The notes under the pieces: generated by a model | Database searches by the model: none | Seen by the model: only the letters and a program-made list of their open reading frames with translations | What the model was told of the DNA's origin: nothing | From: Thermoanaerobaculia bacterium | GTDB lineage: Bacteria; Acidobacteriota; Thermoanaerobaculia; Multivoradales; UBA5704 | Assembly (NCBI GenBank): GCA_035556715.1 | Contig: DATMER010000063.1 | Span: 4,270 to 68,269 of the forward strand | Direction: 5' to 3' | Length of the DNA stretch: 64,000 nucleotides | Made by a program: the position numbers and the translations under genes | In this document: positions 8,609 to 17,672 of the stretch, one piece after another | Position numbering within the stretch: position 1 is the stretch's first letter | How the letters are laid out: each line of letters begins with the position of its first letter

Positions 8609-11185
8609 TCAGGGCTCGAACAGGCGGAAGCTCGCCCAGTCCGCTTTCGGATTCCGTTTCCGCCAGGAGAGCTGGGCATGCTGGAGCGCTACAGCGAGGT
8701 CCGGCTCACGTTCCCACTGACGGTAAAGCTCAGGGAAGAGCTCGGGCAGCGTGCGGTCGTCGGCGCGACGGGTGGAACCGACGACGGCCCGCGAGCCGGC
8801 CAGGAGAAAGGCTTGAGCCAGGCCGAGGCTCTCGACGGGAACCTCGGCGGAAGACCGGCCGGTTTCGCATCCCGAGAGGACGACCCAGGCCGGTACCCGG
8901 TCGAGCGCCAGGAGGTCGCCAAGGGTCAACCGGGTCTCTTCGGCGAGGAGAAGGCTGCTCTCCCATCCACCGAATCCTGAGAAGGTGCCATGGCCAGCGT
9001 AATGCAGGAGATCAGAGGCGGACAATGCGTCCCGCACGGCCTCGGCCGAAGCCTTCGCGCTCTTCAGCTCCTCGGCGATCCAGGGCGGGGATACGGATTC
9101 CAGAATCTCGCGGACTTTGCGGGTCTCATCGAGCGCGCCAGGCAGGTTGTCCCGGGAATCCGACACCAGGAGGGCGTGCCGCCCCGGAGTTTGCGCGGGC
9201 CTCGTGGAGACGGGGAGATCCAGCCCATACACCACAGGGCTGCTGGCCAGGAGGACGTCTCCGTCGAACGGAAGCGCGTGGAAATCCAGATCCTGCAAAG
9301 GACCGCTGGGCAGGATCCGGATCCGGCGGGCTTGCCGGATCAAGGCGTGGAACGGGCGCAGCAGCAGTTCGGCCGCTTCCTTCTTGGGCCGGGACAGGAC
9401 GTCCGGCGGGAGCTCGAAACGGTGCACCCTGACGGTCTTCCCGTCCGCGGCAAAGCCGACCCAGCCGTGAGGGAGCGGATGATAGGCGAGGATCAGCTCT
9501 CCAGGGCGGTGCGGCGGTGGCTCCTCTTTCGACCGTTCTCCGGGCAGCACCAGGAAAGCCTGGTCCAGGAGCTTCTTCACGGCCTCCGCCTCCGCCCTTC
9601 TCGCCGCGTGCTCGCGGCCGATCTGGTCTTCGGGCAGCTTCCATTCATCCTTCGCTCTCTCTTCCAGGGCTGCGCGCCTCTGCTGGTACTCCATGAGGAG
9701 GCGCTCCCACTCCGCCCGCAGCTCCGGTGTCAGGCTCGCCAGGCGGTCGCGCCGCTCCAGTTGCCGGAGCATTCGCGACCGCGCATGGCGTGCCACATCC
9801 AGGGCCTGCGCGTTCCAGCCCTGCTCCAGCAGGAGCTCGACGTGCAGGTCCACGATGGCCTGGCGCGTTGCAATGAAGGTTTCCCTCCCCTGGTGGAGCG
9901 GAATCTGGAGGCTCTGCTCGTCCAGCAGGGCCTCGGCCCTCCGAAGGGTCTCCAGGGCGGCGGTCCGATCCCCCAGCACCTCATGCGACCGCGCCTGTCC
10001 GAAGGCGGCCCGCAGCCTGCCGTCGGGGGAGCTCGTTGCCGCCGCGAGATCCTCGAGATCGTCGAAGAGATCCAGAGCCTCCGCAGGCCGCTCCTCCCGC
10101 AAGGCGATCCGCGCTTCCAGATCGAGCCACCACAGCATGTGGGAGAGAGGCGGATGAGGCTCGAGCTCATGTGCCCGGGCCAGGAGATCCTTCGCTTGCC
10201 GTAGACGGTCTTCCAGCAGATGGGCCAGGGCCAGATTGATCAGGATGTTCACCTTCTTCTCGGGCGTGACTCTCTCGCAGGTCTCGTAGATCTCGAGCGC
10301 TTTCTCGAGGAGGTGCTTGGGATCTCCGAATATCTCGCCGGCGTCGCGGGCCAGCAGCAGGGCCCACGCCTGGTTGCTGAGGAACTGAGCCTCTTCGCAG
10401 GAATCCGCAAAATAAGGCGTCTGGCGCAGGCGGTCGAAGAGATTGGCGGCCTCGGAAGAGCGGCCCAACCCGTGCAGGAGCAGGGCCAACTTTTCTTCGG
10501 CCATCCACCGGTAGCGGTCCAGCTTCCCGCGTTGCGCAATCTCCGCAGCCTTTCGGACTTCCGTCAACGCCGTGCGGAAATCGCCTTCCTGCTCGGCGAG
10601 AAAGCCGCGGTAAAAGGCCATGAGGTAGCGGGATTTCGCGTCCGCTTCGCGAGGGACTTGCAGGCCGTTCAGGGTCTCTCGGGCCGCCGTGAACTGGCGC
10701 TTCACGATGAGGCCGTACACGAGCTGCGTCGTCTCGTTGACCTCGCGCAGAACATCGCGGGACATCTCCTGCCGGACTTGCCGGACCAGAGGTCCCCGGT
10801 GCTCCTCGTCCTCCGGCTCCGCGAGGGACAAGGACCATAACCCCTGCCCAGCCTTCGCTTCGACGAGCACGTCCACTCTCTTCACACCGGAAGGCAGGGT
10901 CAGAGAAAACCGCCGACCCTCCCGGACATTCTCCCCCGCGGCGTCGATCCGCCTCCCTTCAACCTGGATCTCGATCTGGGCGTCCGTCGGAGCGCCGACC
11001 CAGAGCCGCAATTCCTGGCTCGGGTCGAGCCTGCACACGGGGCCGGGCAGCAGCACGGCCTGGCAGCCGGCGTACTCCATCTCCAGCGTGATCGCGGGCA
11101 CTGAGGCGGTACACACCGAGCTGATCCCGCAGACGAAGAGGATCGCGCCTCGCACAAGACAGGGGAAGGGGCAGGCGAGCGTCAC
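8609..11185 (-). CDS. TPR-repeat protein with C-terminal CHAT (caspase-like) domain
   Basis: A long helical TPR-like region is followed by CHAT hallmarks …LLHYAGHGTF… (His) and …VVLSGCETG… (Cys). The track ORF starts at 11323. A GTG at 11185 (MTLACPFPCLVRGAILFVCGISSVCTA, signal-like) overlaps the anti-sigma stop as GTGA and is preferred. Confidence 0.7.
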   Translation of the reverse strand: MTLACPFPCLVRGAILFVCGISSVCTASVPAITLEMEYAGCQAVLLPGPVCRLDPSQELRLWVGAPTDAQIEIQVEGRRIDAAGENVREGRRFSLTLPSGVKRVDVLVEAKAGQGLWSLSLAEPEDEEHRGPLVRQVRQEMSRDVLREVNETTQLVYGLIVKRQFTAARETLNGLQVPREADAKSRYLMAFYRGFLAEQEGDFRTALTEVRKAAEIAQRGKLDRYRWMAEEKLALLLHGLGRSSEAANLFDRLRQTPYFADSCEEAQFLSNQAWALLLARDAGEIFGDPKHLLEKALEIYETCERVTPEKKVNILINLALAHLLEDRLRQAKDLLARAHELEPHPPLSHMLWWLDLEARIALREERPAEALDLFDDLEDLAAATSSPDGRLRAAFGQARSHEVLGDRTAALETLRRAEALLDEQSLQIPLHQGRETFIATRQAIVDLHVELLLEQGWNAQALDVARHARSRMLRQLERRDRLASLTPELRAEWERLLMEYQQRRAALEERAKDEWKLPEDQIGREHAARRAEAEAVKKLLDQAFLVLPGERSKEEPPPHRPGELILAYHPLPHGWVGFAADGKTVRVHRFELPPDVLSRPKKEAAELLLRPFHALIRQARRIRILPSGPLQDLDFHALPFDGDVLLASSPVVYGLDLPVSTRPAQTPGRHALLVSDSRDNLPGALDETRKVREILESVSPPWIAEELKSAKASAEAVRDALSASDLLHYAGHGTFSGFGGWESSLLLAEETRLTLGDLLALDRVPAWVVLSGCETGRSSAEVPVESLGLAQAFLLAGSRAVVGSTRRADDRTLPELFPELYRQWEREPDLAVALQHAQLSWRKRNPKADWASFRLFEP

Positions 11186-11979
11186 GGCCGGGAACCCCCG
11201 GGCAGGATACGGATCTCTTGAGGGATGGCAACCCAGTCCCGTTGCCGGACCTGGGATTTCGCAGTAAGAGGCGCCAGATCGGCCGGGTCCGGCAGCTTGC
11301 CCGGCCGGCCGACAACGGCCCACAGCGTCCAGGTCCCCGGCCGGAGGTCGTGGTCCAGCGAGCCTTTGATCCTGACCGCTCCGCCGCCGCCGGGATCGAG
11401 CTCGCTCCGGACTGCAAGGCGGCGGGGCTCGTGGCCCTGGGAAAGGAAGGACAACGCCTCCAGTCGCTTTCCCCCGGAGGCCGCGGTCTTGGGTATAAAG
11501 TTGACTTGGAAACGGTCGCCCGGCGCGAAGTCCGTCACCATCTCCTCGGGCTCACCTCGCATCGCACTGGAGCCGCCGGAGACTTTCATGGAATAGTCCG
11601 GGAGCGGCACCGGCGGACGCAGGAACAGCACCAGAACAGCCGCCGCAGCCGCGCTCCAGCCGGCAAAGCGGAAGACAGGGAAAGGCAACAACTTCACCGG
11701 TGGCTTCGGGGCCGCGGACTCGGCCCCCTCCGCAAGGGCCTGCTCCCGGATCGCCCGCATGACGCCGGCGTGGAATTCGGGCCCGAGCGGCCGAAAGGCC
11801 TCATAGGCCTCGCGGACCTCCTCGGAAGCCTCGGCCATGGCGCGCAGCTCCGCCGCCTCCTCAGAGGAGAGATTTCCGCTGCTCAGGCGATCCCACCGCT
11901 CATCGAGGCGGTTCCGTTCTTCGGCCTCTTTCTCTCTGTTCACCTGTGCAAGCTCTCGTAGCCAATGGTTGTCGCTCAT
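11182..11979 (-). CDS. Putative anti-sigma factor (single-pass membrane protein)
   Basis: 265 aa: a charged N-terminal cytoplasmic region, then a TM helix (WSAAAAAVLVLFL), then a periplasmic domain. It overlaps the upstream ECF sigma gene by 4 nt (ATGA). Confidence 0.6.
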   Translation of the reverse strand: MSDNHWLRELAQVNREKEAEERNRLDERWDRLSSGNLSSEEAAELRAMAEASEEVREAYEAFRPLGPEFHAGVMRAIREQALAEGAESAAPKPPVKLLPFPVFRFAGWSAAAAAVLVLFLRPPVPLPDYSMKVSGGSSAMRGEPEEMVTDFAPGDRFQVNFIPKTAASGGKRLEALSFLSQGHEPRRLAVRSELDPGGGGAVRIKGSLDHDLRPGTWTLWAVVGRPGKLPDPADLAPLTAKSQVRQRDWVAIPQEIRILPGGSRP

Positions 11980-12629
11980 GCCCTTCCGTCCCTTGAAGGT
12001 CTTCGCGGGGCGGGCCGGCTTTCTGACTTCTCACTGAGCAGGCGGCAGGCCAGACGGCGCAACCGGCTTCTCCACGCATACACGGCGTCGGGGGTCATGC
12101 CCGTCTGCCGGGTCACCTCCTCGAACGGCAGCTCGCGCAGGAAGAGGAGATCGAAGAGGTGCCGGCCGAGGGGGCTCAGCTCCTCGGTGAGACGGTGCAG
12201 GAGGAGCTTCACCTGCTCGCGCGACGCGGTGATCTCCTCGGGTCCGCGCTCCGGAGCCGGCTGATTGAAATCCTCCGGAAGGGGGGACTCCTCTTTCCAC
12301 GGGCTCCGCTTTCCGCTGCGCAGAATCGAAGCCGTCTGCCGCTCCGCAACGAGCCCGACGAAGTTGAGGAGGCTCAGCCCTCGTTCCGGCTGCCAGCTTC
12401 GGAGCGCTTTGCCGCCATCGGCGAACAGGGCGAGAAAGATTTCCTGGGTAAGATCTTCGACCTCCTGCCGGATGTTGCGCCCGGAGGCTCTCCCCGTTCG
12501 CCGCAGGAGGAGACCGCGGGCCACCCGGCTCTGGATGACGGGCGTCAACGTCTGGACAAGCTGGGTGAGGGCGGGTTCCTCCCCCGCCAACGCACGCCGT
12601 ACCTGGTCCTGGATCGCCGCGTCGTCCAT
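11976..12629 (-). CDS. ECF-type RNA polymerase sigma factor (sigma-70 family)
   Basis: Sigma-70 region 2-like (…IRQEVEDLTQEIFLALF…) and region 4-like (…LRELPFEEVTRQTGMTPDAVYAWRSRLRRL…) sequence. The track ORF starts at 12698. The ATG at 12629 (MDDAAIQDQ…) has an upstream GGGAA and is preferred. Confidence 0.75.
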   Translation of the reverse strand: MDDAAIQDQVRRALAGEEPALTQLVQTLTPVIQSRVARGLLLRRTGRASGRNIRQEVEDLTQEIFLALFADGGKALRSWQPERGLSLLNFVGLVAERQTASILRSGKRSPWKEESPLPEDFNQPAPERGPEEITASREQVKLLLHRLTEELSPLGRHLFDLLFLRELPFEEVTRQTGMTPDAVYAWRSRLRRLACRLLSEKSESRPAPRRPSRDGRA

Positions 12630-12737
12630 TTCCCGTACTTTCGATGATGAAACTATTATAGAACAAAGAAGCGGAGCGACGGCAGGCGCGAAGCACACGC
12701 TCCTGTTTGATATAGACGAGAATCGGCTGGCGTTTCC

Positions 12738-13829
12738 TCACCGCGCGCGGGACAGGATCCGCAGATCCACCACCTCCTCCACCTCCACATCCCGGGCCTG
12801 AACCAGCACCCGGATGTCCTCCCCCATTCCTTCCCCGTCAAGGAGCGCCATGGCCTCCTGGCGGGCTTCGGGGCCGGCTTCCTGGAGGTCTTCGAAAAGG
12901 CCGCAGGCGGTGAGCCAAAGAGCCTGGCGGGTGAAGGCCACCGTCGTGAGCCCCGCCGCTTCTCCGGCTTGCCTCAAAGCCGTGAAGTCCACGTGGGCCG
13001 TGAGGTCCTGCTCTCCAACCAGCACGAACGGGTTGCGGTGGACCCGCTGGCGGGAGTAGCAGGCCAGAGTCCCATGCTGGCGGATGCGGACGTCCAGGAG
13101 GCGCTCGCGCTCGAAGCCGTAATCGCAGGTGACGAGGAGCCCGCGATCCAGACGGCGGGCCAATTCAGAGTAGAGCGGGACCCAGCCCGGGGCGAGGTCG
13201 GCGATCTGCCCAGACTGGAGGATGCTGTCCCCCAAAAGCTCCGGAAGCGCTGGGTCGGACAGTTCCCCCTCGCGCCAGGTGAAGCTGCCCTCGCCGTCCA
13301 GATCCACCCACAGCTCCCCCACTCCGCCCTCTCGCCCGATCAGGCGGTGGACCGGCAGGGCGTCGAACAGCTCATAGGAGAAGATCAGCCCCTCGACTGC
13401 TCCGATCTCCTCCAGCCGTTCCCGCCTCTCGACACCAGCCGGGACGACCCGGGCGATCCGGTCCCAGGCGAGGATTCTGCGCTCTCCATCCAGAGAGGCT
13501 GCGTTCCCCAGGTGAACTCCGGTCCCGTACCCCGCCTCGAAGAGATCGGCCGGACGGCCAAGCGCCCGATCCAGCCGATGGAGCAGCCTCGCGGTGGCCC
13601 GCCCGAAGAGCGGAGAGAAGGAGGAGCCGGTCACGAAGTCGCCCTCCTCTCCGATGGGAAGGTCCTCGCGCCGGTAGTACCCGCCCTCGCCATAGAGGGC
13701 CTCTTCCATGAAAGCCGCGAAGGGGATCGGGCCTTCGGCACGGATACGGTCGCGGAGGCGGGCGGCGGGAGTGCTCAATCGGGCAGATTCTATTAGGATG
13801 TCCAGGACATCTATGCAAGGAGAGGTCAT
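12738..13829 (-). CDS. SAM-dependent methyltransferase, MidA/NDUFAF7 (DUF185) family
   Basis: Sequence typical of the MidA family (…FMEEALYGEGGYY…FVTGSSFSPLFG…YELFDALPVH…). The likely start is MTSPCIDVLD… (ATG complement at 13827-13829) rather than the track's 13922. Confidence 0.65.
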   Translation of the reverse strand: MTSPCIDVLDILIESARLSTPAARLRDRIRAEGPIPFAAFMEEALYGEGGYYRREDLPIGEEGDFVTGSSFSPLFGRATARLLHRLDRALGRPADLFEAGYGTGVHLGNAASLDGERRILAWDRIARVVPAGVERRERLEEIGAVEGLIFSYELFDALPVHRLIGREGGVGELWVDLDGEGSFTWREGELSDPALPELLGDSILQSGQIADLAPGWVPLYSELARRLDRGLLVTCDYGFERERLLDVRIRQHGTLACYSRQRVHRNPFVLVGEQDLTAHVDFTALRQAGEAAGLTTVAFTRQALWLTACGLFEDLQEAGPEARQEAMALLDGEGMGEDIRVLVQARDVEVEEVVDLRILSRAR

Positions 13830-14694
13830 GATCCTGAACAAGAGAACGATCACGCTGGTCCTGCTGCTGACTCTTGCCGTCTCTCCGGCGGTGGCCAAGG
13901 AGTTGGGACCGTTCAACATCACGCTCCGCTACGCGCCGCAGGAGAGCACCGGCACCTCCGTGCCCACCCTCATGATGGGCATCTCGGACCTACCGGTGAA
14001 GATCTCCGTTTCGGATGGCCGCACCATCACCGATCCGGCGGTCATCGGCGACAGCACGGACGACGATGACCGGGTCTGGCCCATCCGCGCCGCCAACGAC
14101 GTGGTGGCCTGGTCCAACGAGGTGCTGCTCAAGAACGCCGGGGAGTGGGGGATCCGCGCCGCGGAGGACGCCCCGCTCCGAATCGACGGCACGCTGCTCC
14201 GCTTCATGGCCAACGAGAGCAACAAGGCGGTAGGATCGATGTACACCGCCGACGTCCGGGTCGGCCTCCGGCTTCTGGACAACCAGGGCCGCCTCCTCTG
14301 GGAAGGCACCGCCGCGGGCGACGCCACGCGCTACGGCAAGAGCCGCAGCCAGGACAACGCCAACGAGGTGCTGAGCGACGCCATCAAGGAGGCCTATGCC
14401 ACCGCGCTGGGCGATCCGGCCCTGCAGAACGCCTGGCTGGGCAAGAGCGGTCCCGTGGCAACCTCCTCGTCCGCCTCCTCCGCCCCGGCCACGCCGGGGG
14501 TGACACCCGACGAGATGCTGACCGAGTTGGTGAAGCTCAAGAAGCAGGGCTTCGACACGGGTCTCCTCGTGGACTTCGTCAACCAGAAGTCCCTTTCGAG
14601 CGGTCTGACGTCGGACGATATGGTGAAGTGGAAGAAGGAGGGGATATCTCAGGAGGTCATCCAGGCGGCGATGAAGCGCGCTCCGGGGGCGTGA
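13828..14694 (+). CDS. Secreted hypothetical protein
   Basis: ATG at 13828 is preceded by GGAGAGG. Signal peptide MILNKRTITLVLLLTLAVSPAVA. No recognisable catalytic motif. The start codon overlaps the divergent MidA start on the opposite strand. Confidence 0.5.
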   Translation: MILNKRTITLVLLLTLAVSPAVAKELGPFNITLRYAPQESTGTSVPTLMMGISDLPVKISVSDGRTITDPAVIGDSTDDDDRVWPIRAANDVVAWSNEVLLKNAGEWGIRAAEDAPLRIDGTLLRFMANESNKAVGSMYTADVRVGLRLLDNQGRLLWEGTAAGDATRYGKSRSQDNANEVLSDAIKEAYATALGDPALQNAWLGKSGPVATSSSASSAPATPGVTPDEMLTELVKLKKQGFDTGLLVDFVNQKSLSSGLTSDDMVKWKKEGISQEVIQAAMKRAPGA

Positions 14695-15683
14695 GGACAC
14701 CCCGCCCCATCGTCATCGCCCATCGCGGCGCCAGCGGGTACCGGCCGGAGCACACGCTCGCAGCCTATGAGCTGGCCATCGAGATGGGCGCGGACTTCAT
14801 CGAGCCGGACCTCGTCATCACCGGCAACGAGGTCCTCATCGCGCGCCATGAGAACGACATCTCAGGGACCACGGACGTCATCGACCATCCCGAGCTCCGG
14901 AACCGGCGCAGGACGAAGTGGATCGACGGACGGGAGGTCACGGGCTGGTTCAGCGAGGACTTCACCCTCGCCGAGATCAAGACCCTCCGCGCTCGCGAAC
15001 GCCTCGAATTCCGCGACCGCAGCTTCAACGGCAGGTTCGAGGTCCCGACTTTCCAGGAGATCCTCGACCTCGCCCGGCGGAAGAGCGCGGAGACCGGTAG
15101 GACGATCGGCGTCTATCCCGAGACCAAGCTCCCGTCCTACTTCCGGGGGCTCGGTCTTCCTTTGGAAGAGCCCATGGTCGAGGCGCTCCACGCCGCGGGC
15201 TACCGGGGCCGGGATGCTGCCGTCTTCCTCCAGTCCTTCGAGACGGGCAACCTCAGACTCCTGAAGACGATGACCGACCTCCCCCTCGTCCAGCTCCTGA
15301 ACGATGGGGGGCAGCCCTGGGACCTGCGCGCAGCCGGCGATCACCGCACGTATCTCAATCTGGCCACCCCGGATGGCCTCGCGGAGATCGCGACCTATGC
15401 CGACGGCATCGGACCCAACAAGCGGCTGATCGTCCCCGCCGATCCGGACGGACGCCTGCGTCCTCCCACATCCCTGGTGGACGACGCCCACCGCGCTAGG
15501 CTGCTGGTCCACCCCTGGACCTTCCGCAGCGACCCGGCCTTCCTCTCTCCCGACTATGAGGGCGACGCGGTCCGGGAGTATGAACAGTTCCTGGAGCTCG
15601 GCGTGGATGGGCTGTTCAGCGACTTCCCGGACCTGGCGCGAGAGAAGGTGGAAGCAAGACAACTCGTGAGGAGATCCCTATGA
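14691..15683 (+). CDS. Glycerophosphodiester phosphodiesterase (GDPD/GlpQ-UgpQ family)
   Basis: GDPD signature PIVIAHRGASGYRPEHTLAAYELAIEMGADFIEPDLVITGNEVLIARHEND. A GTG start at 14691 overlaps the upstream stop. The longer track ORF 14145..15683 overlaps the previous gene and is rejected. Confidence 0.8.
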   Translation: MRTPRPIVIAHRGASGYRPEHTLAAYELAIEMGADFIEPDLVITGNEVLIARHENDISGTTDVIDHPELRNRRRTKWIDGREVTGWFSEDFTLAEIKTLRARERLEFRDRSFNGRFEVPTFQEILDLARRKSAETGRTIGVYPETKLPSYFRGLGLPLEEPMVEALHAAGYRGRDAAVFLQSFETGNLRLLKTMTDLPLVQLLNDGGQPWDLRAAGDHRTYLNLATPDGLAEIATYADGIGPNKRLIVPADPDGRLRPPTSLVDDAHRARLLVHPWTFRSDPAFLSPDYEGDAVREYEQFLELGVDGLFSDFPDLAREKVEARQLVRRSL

Positions 15684-15767
15684 ATGTCATCAATCCTTCC
15701 AGTATCTCCGCCAAGCCGGCCGACTGGCTCGAGACGGTTTCGGACGAGCAGTACCGGGGACGGTAGG

Positions 15768-16120
15768 CGGGAAAGCTTCTTTCCCGATGTCCGAGACGAT
15801 CTCCGAGCTCGGGAAAGCTCCTTTCCCGACACCCGAAACGATCCCCGGCGGCGGGAAAGCTCCTTCCCCGCGTCTGAAACGATTCCCGGCCTCGGGAAAG
15901 CCTCTTTCCCGGCGCCTGAAATGATTCGGAAGCGTTCAGAATGATTCGCGGCCTCGGGAAAATCATTTTCCCGACCGGGAAAGTCGCTTTCCCGACAACG
16001 GGAATGATCTGCGAGGGCGGGAAAGTCGCTTTCCCGACGGCCGGAACGATTCACGAGGGAGGGAAAGTCATTTTCCCGGCCCTTGGAATGATTTCCGGAG
16101 GCGGGAAAGCCTCTTTCCCA
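15768..16120. repeat. Intergenic tandem array of about nine ~42-bp units, each with a perfect 8-bp inverted repeat (CGGGAAAG-N3-CTTTCCCG) and a conserved GAAACGATYC-like spacer
   Basis: Read directly: cgggaaagcttctttcccg…cgggaaagctcctttcccg…cgggaaagcctctttcccg…cgggaaagtcgctttcccg (×2)…gggaaagtcattttcccg…gggaaagcctctttccca. Spacers are similar to each other (gaaacgatcc / gaaatgattc / ggaatgatct / gaacgattca). It sits between the GDPD gene and hldA. Confidence 0.85.
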
Positions 16121-16125
16121 CCTCG

Positions 16126-17202
16126 GTGGACGGGATAGACTCCCCCGCGATGACCTCTCCTCCGTCCCCGACGACCGGGCGCCTGACCGGATTGATCGAG
16201 GCCATGGCCGGACAGCCGATCGTGATGCTCGTCGACCTCGTGGCCGACCTCTTCATCACCGGGACCCCGAAGCGGATCAGCCGGGAGGCCCCCGTGCTCA
16301 TCCTGTCCTACCAGGGGGAGAGGCTGATCCCGGGCGGCGGGGCCAATGCCGTGGCCAACGTGGCCGCGCTCGGGGGACGGCCGATTCCCCTCGGGATCGT
16401 GGGGGACGACGCCAGCGGCCGCGGCCTCCTCGATGCCTTCCGCGAGCGCGGGATCTCCACCCAGGGAGTCCTGGTCCGGCCCGGATACCGCACGCCCACC
16501 AAGGTGCGCATCCTGGGCGGCGGCAAGCACTCGATCAAGCAGCAGATCGTCCGCTACGACATCGAGGAGACCCTGGAGCTGACGGCGGAGGAGCGCGACC
16601 GCTTCTCCGAAGCCTTGCGGGAGAGGGAGGCGCGGGTGGCGATCCTCTCCGACTACGGATACGGCACGGTCGAGCCGGGGCTGCTCTCGCGGATGCGCGA
16701 GGCCCTCGGTCCCGAGGCGACCCTGGTGTGCGACAGCCGCTTCCGCCTGGGCGACTTCCGCGGGCTGGACGGGGCGACCCCGAACGAGGAGGAGGCCGAG
16801 GCGCTCCTCGGCGCCACGATCGACGACGACCCGGCCAGGTTGGAAGAGGGGGGCAGGACCCTGCTGGAGCGCCTCGGGGCGCGCTTCCTCCTTGTCACCC
16901 GGGGGAGCCGCGGGATGAGCCTGTTCGAGACCGATGTCGATCAGATACGGGCGGCGCACCTGCCCGTCCACGGCACCGACCAGGTGGCGGACGTGACCGG
17001 GGCGGGGGACACGGTCATCGGCACCTTCGCCCTGGCTCTCGCGGCCGGGGCCAAGCCGATCGAAGCCGCCCTGCTCGCCAACTACGCCGGCGGGGTCGTG
17101 GTCATGAAGATGGGGACGGCCACGCTCACCCGCGAGGAGCTACGGCACGCGGTGGAGAGCGACCGGCATCCCCTGGAGGAGCTGCGGTGGGCGAGGTCCT
17201 GA
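16126..17202 (+). CDS. hldA: D-glycero-beta-D-manno-heptose-7-phosphate kinase (RfaE/HldE domain I, PfkB family)
   Basis: PfkB-family carbohydrate kinase sequence (…VANVAALGG…GIVGDDASG…TDQVADVTGAGDTVIGTFALALAAG…). It is followed by a separate adenylyltransferase gene, so hldE is split. Confidence 0.7.
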   Translation: MDGIDSPAMTSPPSPTTGRLTGLIEAMAGQPIVMLVDLVADLFITGTPKRISREAPVLILSYQGERLIPGGGANAVANVAALGGRPIPLGIVGDDASGRGLLDAFRERGISTQGVLVRPGYRTPTKVRILGGGKHSIKQQIVRYDIEETLELTAEERDRFSEALREREARVAILSDYGYGTVEPGLLSRMREALGPEATLVCDSRFRLGDFRGLDGATPNEEEAEALLGATIDDDPARLEEGGRTLLERLGARFLLVTRGSRGMSLFETDVDQIRAAHLPVHGTDQVADVTGAGDTVIGTFALALAAGAKPIEAALLANYAGGVVVMKMGTATLTREELRHAVESDRHPLEELRWARS

Positions 17203-17672
17203 CACTCGACGCGCTCCGCCAGCGGGTGCGCTCCCTCCAGGCCCACGGCAAGCGGATCGCCTTCGCGAACGGCCACTTCGACCTGCTTCACGTGGGCCAT
17301 CTCCGCTACCTGCGGGCCGCCCGGGCCGAAGGGGACACCCTGATTGTAGCGATCAACGACGACGACTCGGTGGCGCGGCTCAAGGGGCCGGGCCGGCCGG
17401 TGGTGCCCGCGGCCGAGCGGGCCGAGCTGCTCGCGGCGCTGGAGCCGGTGGACTTCGTCGTGGTCTTCCAGGGAGACTCCCCCGCTTCCCTGCTCGAAGA
17501 GCTGCGGCCGGACGTCCACTGCAAGGGGACGGACTATGGCTCCCCGGAACGGGTGCCCGAGCACGAGGTGGTCCGCGCCTATGGCGGCCGCACCGCCCTG
17601 GTGGGAGACCCCAAGGACCACGCGACGTCGGACATCCTCTCCAAGGTGAAGGCGTTGCCGGAGAAGGGGTGA
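17187..17672 (+). CDS. hldC: D-glycero-beta-D-manno-heptose-1-phosphate adenylyltransferase (RfaE/HldE domain II, cytidylyltransferase-like)
   Basis: Nucleotidyltransferase motifs …IAFANGHFDLLHVGHLRYL… and …VAINDDDSV…. GTG start at 17187 overlaps the kinase gene end by 16 nt. It is the C-terminal part of track ORF 16728..17672. Confidence 0.7.
   Translation: MGEVLTLDALRQRVRSLQAHGKRIAFANGHFDLLHVGHLRYLRAARAEGDTLIVAINDDDSVARLKGPGRPVVPAAERAELLAALEPVDFVVVFQGDSPASLLEELRPDVHCKGTDYGSPERVPEHEVVRAYGGRTALVGDPKDHATSDILSKVKALPEKG

Noticed and set aside
14145-15683. Long form (512 aa) of the GDPD gene
   Set aside because: The N-terminal 180 aa overlap the preceding secreted-protein gene in another frame and are Arg/Gly/Pro-rich. 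The GDPD domain starts at the GTG at 14691.
15554-16054. Minus-strand ORF (166 aa) and plus-strand ORFs covering the hairpin-repeat array
   Set aside because: The translations are just the repeat unit read in frame (…RESDFPG…KELSRRRGSF…). The region is a non-coding tandem palindromic array.
15768-16120. Possibility that the 9-unit array is a CRISPR locus
   Set aside because: The repeats are 19-nt perfect palindromes and the spacers of about 23 nt are homologous to one another rather than unique. The unit length (42 bp) and lack of any cas gene in the window also argue against CRISPR.
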